Shown piece after piece: positions 59,026-64,000 of a DNA stretch of 64,000 bases. This DNA comes from a virus: positions 1-64,000 of IMG/VR virus record IMGVR_UViG_3300048849_000076; one strand, 5' to 3'. Below the pieces are notes generated by a model that saw only the letters and a program-made list of their open reading frames with translations, had not been told where the DNA came from and did not search any database. Position 1 is the stretch's first letter. Each line of letters begins with the position of its first letter. The translations under genes were made by a program, and so were the position numbers.

Positions 59026-61430
59026 GCGCCGACGCCCAGGTAGAAGAGTTCGTTGCCCTGCCGGATGTCGATCTGGAACGGCATGCTGCCACTCAGCTCC
59101 TTCATCAGCTTCGTGAATTTCGTGATGTTGGCGCGGTTGGACGAACCGGTCGCCAGCATGAATTGCCAGTAGTGAGTATGCAGCTCGGCCAGCGAGATCG
59201 ACTGCTCGGCGCCCCACTTCAGAACCGTGCCAGGCGACGTCAGGAAGTGACGGACGGTGTTGTTGTCCGCTGCCATTGCGTCGATCAGAGCCAGGCACGA
59301 CGTCGGGACCGTGAACTTGCCCATGTCCATCAGCCGCTTGTAACCCTGGACCGCCCAGGCGACGATTGCCTCCCGCTCGTGCTCGAGGATCTGGCTGTCG
59401 AGATCGATAATCCGCTTCGACGGATCGACGCGATTGTTGAACTCGAGGATCAGCCAGCGACGATTGAAGCCTTCCGAACTGTCGCGCGTCTTTGGCAGGA
59501 AGTTCGAATTGAACCAGTGAGCCGCTTCCGGCTCAAAGCTGAACGGCTGGGCATTCTTGAACTGCACCGTGAGCTCTTCGCCCGAGATGATCTTCTTGAA
59601 GATATCGCCTGGGATGGGCCGGGACTCCGACAGCTCGCCTGCGAAGTTGATGACCTTGCCGAACATCTCGGCCGGCAGGAACTTATCGCCCCAGTCGGTC
59701 GGCGCGATCGACGAGCTCGAGCCGTAAGGCACCAGACCCTTCATGATCGACTGGAGGACGGACTTGCCGGAACCAGCCTGGCCGAACAGCAGGAACGCCA
59801 TCTCGAAGAACGGCGCCTTACCCATCAGGGAGACGCCGATCGCCTCCTGCAGGGCCAACAGCTTGTCACCATAGTCTGCGTCCGAAGCCCAGCAATCGTT
59901 CAGGAAGGCATCAAACATCGGCATGTGGCCGGCCTTCTCGGGTGTGTACCGGTAGGGCAGGGTATAGGTCATGCCGTAGTCTTCGGCGTGGGCGACCAGC
60001 TCGAGGTTCTCGGTCAGATAGCCATTGGCAAAGTTCACGCCCTTGACGTACGAGTTCCGGAGCGGAGCTGCAGCGAGCGCCTTCATCACCTTCAGAATGC
60101 CGGTGTGGTCACCCTGGCGGCGACCTGCAGGATAGGAGCCGTAATTCTCAGCGATGATCTTCAGCAGCTCAGCTTCCTGGCACTGAACCCAGGCGGCGCC
60201 CCGCCACTGCCAGAACTTCGAGGCGTCATAGCGGACGTCGCCATAGACCTTCAGGAAGTTGAGGCAGGCTTCGGCCAGCTCGGCGTGCGTCTCACCCGTG
60301 ATATCGCCGCGGCGAAGGGTCAGCAGCTGCTTCTTCAGGTCAGTCAGCGACAGAACATTGGTCTGCTGGTTGGCGATGAACTTCAGGACCATCGCTTCCT
60401 CGAGCGGTCCCATTGTCGGATTGGCGCGGACGATCCGGTCCAGAGCGACATTCACGGCATTCATCCGGCCTTCCGACCGCGGATCTGGGTGACGCTCTAC
60501 CTCAGCCGCAAGATAATCGAGGATCATCTGGACGGACCACGTCTTGTCGTCTTCCGTGAAGGAGAGGCCGAGTTTATCGAGATCTTCCTCGCTGAGACCT
60601 TCGTCCCAACCCAGCGGCAGAGCCTTGCGAGCCTCCGACGTCACATCGCGGACGAGAAACTCGACGACCTTCGCCTGAGCCTTGTCGACAGAGAGTGGAT
60701 CCCCGACAACCTTCTCGACGAAGTTGTCGACCCAGGCCTTCATCTCACCGAGAACCTGGAGCAGCGAACGCTCGCCGCGAAGCACAGCCCGGGCCAGGAG
60801 GCCCGCCATCCATACCATTGTCGCGTCACGAGCACCGGCTGGCACGTAGCTGGCACTCTTGTTGCCACCACCGGTGGACACCGCAATGCCGGCCTCGCGG
60901 AGGGCGCTCTTCAGTACCCGTTCGAAATCCATCGGCAGGGGAGGGGCGTTCTTGGCGATCTCCCAGAGGTTACCATTCGCCGTATAGGGCAGCTTGGTGT
61001 CCGGATGGATCGAGGGCGGCAGCACGAACTGGGTGCCCTTCGACAGGATTTCGCAGATCATCGAGCCGTCTTCGGCCTTGATACGAGCCGTCCGCTCGCC
61101 CGACCAACGGTAGACCTGGACTCGACCCTTGCGGCCGACGCGGTGCCACGGGCTCGGCGGCAGGATGCGGTCGAGAACCTGCAGGACAACCGGATCTTCG
61201 GAGTCGATGTCGATTGCGACGAGGCCGGCGCTCGGGCCCATCGGCAGACCGATGTTTCCGGATGCGAAGGCATTCAGCCAGCCCTGCTGCTCTTCCTTGG
61301 TCGGGAAGGCGTCGGAATACGTTTGCCAGCGAGGGATCGCGGGGCGCTTATTTTCGTAGATCAGCGGGATCGCGGGAAGGCCAGCGTCCCAATACAACTG
61401 AGCATGGCTTGCGAAGATGTTACTGACCAT
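59022..61430 (-). CDS. bifunctional prim-pol primase / SF3 (P4/D5-type) helicase
   Basis: N-terminal prim-pol block GLVAIDIDSEDP. C-terminal Walker A FGQAGSGKSVLQS with a D5/P4-like context. 802 aa. Confidence 0.88.
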   Translation of the reverse strand: MVSNIFASHAQLYWDAGLPAIPLIYENKRPAIPRWQTYSDAFPTKEEQQGWLNAFASGNIGLPMGPSAGLVAIDIDSEDPVVLQVLDRILPPSPWHRVGRKGRVQVYRWSGERTARIKAEDGSMICEILSKGTQFVLPPSIHPDTKLPYTANGNLWEIAKNAPPLPMDFERVLKSALREAGIAVSTGGGNKSASYVPAGARDATMVWMAGLLARAVLRGERSLLQVLGEMKAWVDNFVEKVVGDPLSVDKAQAKVVEFLVRDVTSEARKALPLGWDEGLSEEDLDKLGLSFTEDDKTWSVQMILDYLAAEVERHPDPRSEGRMNAVNVALDRIVRANPTMGPLEEAMVLKFIANQQTNVLSLTDLKKQLLTLRRGDITGETHAELAEACLNFLKVYGDVRYDASKFWQWRGAAWVQCQEAELLKIIAENYGSYPAGRRQGDHTGILKVMKALAAAPLRNSYVKGVNFANGYLTENLELVAHAEDYGMTYTLPYRYTPEKAGHMPMFDAFLNDCWASDADYGDKLLALQEAIGVSLMGKAPFFEMAFLLFGQAGSGKSVLQSIMKGLVPYGSSSSIAPTDWGDKFLPAEMFGKVINFAGELSESRPIPGDIFKKIISGEELTVQFKNAQPFSFEPEAAHWFNSNFLPKTRDSSEGFNRRWLILEFNNRVDPSKRIIDLDSQILEHEREAIVAWAVQGYKRLMDMGKFTVPTSCLALIDAMAADNNTVRHFLTSPGTVLKWGAEQSISLAELHTHYWQFMLATGSSNRANITKFTKLMKELSGSMPFQIDIRQGNELFYLGVGA

Positions 61431-61890
61431 TGCTGAGCACTCCGTCGATACGCTTCATGAAGTCCGTGATCTGATCCTTGCTGAGGACTTCATCCATGAA
61501 CTGGATGACGATCGACCGAAACTCGTTGATCTGCTTGAGGTTTGCCGCCCGCTCGAGGTTGTTGAGGAGCTTCTCGACCAAGGACGTTTTGGTCTTGAAG
61601 TACTGAAGCTTCTCGGAGGTATCGCCGGCACCAAGCCCCTGGCCGTAGGCCTCGAGGTCATTGATGATCTTCTGGATCTGAATGTTGATCGCGACGACCT
61701 CGTCACCCTCGAAGAGATCAGGCACTTCGGCGCTGACTGCGACCTGCTGAGTGAAGAAGTCCTTCACGGTCTGCGGATAGGGGCACTTCGGGTTGTTGAG
61801 GAAGTCTTTGTTTTCCGCGATGTTGCGGAACACTCGGGTAATCAGGAGGATCTGGTCCTCCGAGATGTTCGGAAAATATGTGGATTGCAT
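61420..61890 (-). CDS. hypothetical protein (first gene of the replication operon)
   Basis: 156-aa ORF. Overlaps the primase start by 11 nt. Confidence 0.65.
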   Translation of the reverse strand: MQSTYFPNISEDQILLITRVFRNIAENKDFLNNPKCPYPQTVKDFFTQQVAVSAEVPDLFEGDEVVAINIQIQKIINDLEAYGQGLGAGDTSEKLQYFKTKTSLVEKLLNNLERAANLKQINEFRSIVIQFMDEVLSKDQITDFMKRIDGVLSNGQ

Positions 61891-61958
61891 GGTAGCTCCG
61901 TGACTGTCGGAGACCGATGTAGAAAATGAGTGGTCATTTGGCTACATCCGACAGTTCT

Positions 61959-61973
61959 GAGTACCCTGTACTC
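61959..61973. promoter_or_regulatory. 15-bp palindromic motif copy (most symmetric)
   Basis: GAGTACCCTGTACTC (GAGTAC-N3-GTACTC) in the divergent region between 61890 (minus start) and 62021 (terL start). Confidence 0.6.
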
Positions 61974-62020
61974 TCGGCGCAATTTGCAAATCTCTGGCGC
62001 GATCACCATATAAACTCTCA

Positions 62021-63790
62021 ATGTACCGTAACGACTATCTGACCGATTTTCGCTCACAACTGCGCCAGCGATTTGCGGAAGACTCGGTCAATATGTCTCA
62101 GTCGGAGTGGATCGAAAGAAATACCCACCTCCGCAAGAAGCAGTTTAGCTTCGACGGGTACGAGTTTCAGCGCCAGATCGTCGACGACATGCACCCCGAT
62201 ATGTATGTTATCAAGTGCTCCCAGATCGGTCTCACCGAAGTCCAGCTCCGCAAATTCGCGGCTTTCCTAACCCGCACGACAGCGATCAACGCGATCTTCT
62301 CCCTACCCACTGACGTGATGTTCAAGCGCGTATCGCAGACCCGTTTCGGGCCGCTGATCGACGGCGAGCAGGTCTTCAACATGACCAACGGCGCCAGCAA
62401 GCCAGTACGGTCAGTCGGCCTCTACCAGATCAACCAGTCCTTCGGGTTCTTCACCGGGGGTAAAGAGTCGGACGCGACCTCTATTAACGCGGACGCTCTG
62501 TTTCAGGACGAAATTGACCTGGCTGATCAGGAGATGCTGGCTCTATACCAGTCACGTCTTCAGGGTTCGGACTACAAAATCACGCAGTCATTCTCGACCC
62601 CGACCTTCGAAGGTTTCGGCGTCCACAAGGGCTTCCTGGCCTCTGATCAGCACGAATACATGCTGAAGTGTGAAGCCTGCAACCACTACAACATCCCATA
62701 TTTCAACCCGAAATTCGTGTGCCTTCCAGGCCTGTCCGGAGATATCAATGACCTGTCAGAAATCGACTCAGAACTTGCTGACAAGCTGGACCTTGGAGCC
62801 GCCTACATTCGCTGTGAACATTGTGGCAAGCGTCTTAACACCGCTGATCCTTCGCTGCGGCATTGGGTGCCTCGCTATCCTGGGCGCCGCACTCGTGGTT
62901 ACCGCGTAAGTCCATTCTGCGTCCATAGGATCGCCAAACCCAGCTACATCGTCGACCAGCTGGTCAAGTACAAAGCCAAGGACGCGATCCGCCGCTTTTA
63001 CAACACCGTGCTGGGAGAGGCTTACAACGACGCCAGCGCCCGCCTCAGCGAGGTCGACATCCTCGCCGTCATGAGAGGCGAGGGGAAGGTTGAGATCTCC
63101 AACGAGCCGGTGTTCTTAGGTATCGACGTCGGCCTGACATGTCACATTGTCCTGGCGCACATGGGGCAGGGGTATCCGATCGTCTTCGACTTCCGCCAGG
63201 TGACGGCTGATGTCCTCGTCGATGAGGTCAATGCGATCCTCTCGACCTACAATGTCATCGGCGGTTGCATGGACCGCAACCCTTACACACCTCTTGCGAA
63301 CGAGATCCGCGACCTGTCAGCGGGCCGCATCCTGCCGGTGGAATATGCCTCGTCGACAGGTGCCGCACCTGTTCAGATGATGAACGACGAACTCGACCAG
63401 CTCAGCCACGTTCGTGGCAACCGCACGACGATGATTGACACCGTGGCCGGCGCCATCCGCAAGCGCAAGGTGTCCATGTACGGCTACGGTCGGATGCAGC
63501 GCCTGATCCTCGATCACCTGCAGGACATGGTCCGAATGGAGCACGAGGTCAACGAGAAGACGAAGGAAGAGATCCCGGCCCGCTGGCAGAAGCTGACCGG
63601 CAATGACCACTTCTTCCACGCCCTCGCTTATCTGTTCTTCGCCATGCGGGTGAACACGACCATCGACTTCCACCAGGAAGATCCGCGTACCCAATTCACC
63701 CATTCAAACATCATCATTCCGATGGGAAATGCAGCAAGGCTTGGCGTGAACCGCAAGCATCGCAGCCCCATATCTCTCGGACGAATTTAG
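62021..63790 (+). CDS. terL: terminase large subunit, GpA family
   Basis: KCSQIGLTE Walker-A-like block, QDEIDL Walker B, CEACNHY...CEHCGK zinc ribbon. 589 aa. Confidence 0.88.
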   Translation: MYRNDYLTDFRSQLRQRFAEDSVNMSQSEWIERNTHLRKKQFSFDGYEFQRQIVDDMHPDMYVIKCSQIGLTEVQLRKFAAFLTRTTAINAIFSLPTDVMFKRVSQTRFGPLIDGEQVFNMTNGASKPVRSVGLYQINQSFGFFTGGKESDATSINADALFQDEIDLADQEMLALYQSRLQGSDYKITQSFSTPTFEGFGVHKGFLASDQHEYMLKCEACNHYNIPYFNPKFVCLPGLSGDINDLSEIDSELADKLDLGAAYIRCEHCGKRLNTADPSLRHWVPRYPGRRTRGYRVSPFCVHRIAKPSYIVDQLVKYKAKDAIRRFYNTVLGEAYNDASARLSEVDILAVMRGEGKVEISNEPVFLGIDVGLTCHIVLAHMGQGYPIVFDFRQVTADVLVDEVNAILSTYNVIGGCMDRNPYTPLANEIRDLSAGRILPVEYASSTGAAPVQMMNDELDQLSHVRGNRTTMIDTVAGAIRKRKVSMYGYGRMQRLILDHLQDMVRMEHEVNEKTKEEIPARWQKLTGNDHFFHALAYLFFAMRVNTTIDFHQEDPRTQFTHSNIIIPMGNAARLGVNRKHRSPISLGRI

Positions 63791-63800
63791 GGACACCCAC

Positions 63801-64000
63801 ATGGCCGGTTTGGGCAGCGCAATCCTCAACATCATCGCCCCGAAATCCAAAGCCAAGAGTGGTGGTATCTCTGCGACGGGTACGTACACCCCGCAGCAGT
63901 CGCAGAACATCCTTACCGCGCCCCAGTATCAAGACCATCTGACGGACATCTTCTCGTCCCGTGCGTCAGACGATGCCCGCACCCTGATGGTGCAGCTCTT
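63801..64000 (+). CDS. late structural protein, possibly portal or head-tail joining (3'-truncated by window edge)
   Basis: ATG 63801 with AGGGA SD, 10 nt after the terL stop. Open to the window end. Function is inferred from position only. Confidence 0.5.
   Translation, partial: MAGLGSAILNIIAPKSKAKSGGISATGTYTPQQSQNILTAPQYQDHLTDIFSSRASDDARTLMVQL

Noticed and set aside
59163-61436. 757-aa plus-strand ORF
   Set aside because: Antisense to the primase-helicase gene. It is an Arg/Leu/Gly-rich shadow frame with no motifs.

Overview
GC-rich dsDNA phage genome segment (possibly a phage-plasmid) with lambda-like late genes and a long minus-strand early/replication block. An alphaproteobacterial host is inferred from the GapR-like gene, the GH19-type lysin and base composition. 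Plus-strand late genes sit at both ends. At 62.0-64.0 kb are a GpA-type large terminase and the next structural gene. At 0-14.9 kb are the tail-tip module (NlpC/P60, JAB/MPN, gpI-like, an embedded metallophosphoesterase, a 3238-aa gpJ-like fibre with FN3 and CBM-like repeat arrays), two small accessory genes (RHH, WGR) and a lysis cassette closed by an intrinsic terminator. The region 15.5-61.9 kb is almost entirely minus-strand. It encodes class II RNR, three consecutive nucleotide (pyro)phosphohydrolases, an SbcCD-like nuclease, exonucleases, ThyA, ATP-dependent ligase, family A polymerase, FEN, an SSB-like protein and an SNF2 helicase. It also encodes a PAPS-reductase-like protein, a GapR-like NAP, TerB, a secreted TAXI-type binding protein, a type Ib ParA/ParG-like locus with flanking repeats, an M28-like peptidase, a prim-pol/SF3 primase-helicase and about 50 small hypothetical genes. 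Many of these are translationally coupled through ATGA overlaps. I recognised no rRNA, tRNA, CRISPR array, integrase, transposase or reverse transcriptase. The most notable observations are: (1) a visibly lower-GC plus-strand two-gene island at 57.5-58.8 kb with its own regulatory region and double terminator, a candidate undescribed accessory/defence-type module; (2) a Z-cluster-like HD + MazG + DUF5664 + NrdJ operon with no purZ in the window; (3) a 15-bp palindromic motif at eight intergenic sites; (4) a structured non-coding hub at 55.1-55.5 kb with inverted motifs, an AT-rich core and a (GAACCC)6 repeat; (5) five solitary plus-strand ORFs embedded convergently in the minus-strand operons. 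All family assignments rest on motif recognition by eye and need profile searches to confirm.
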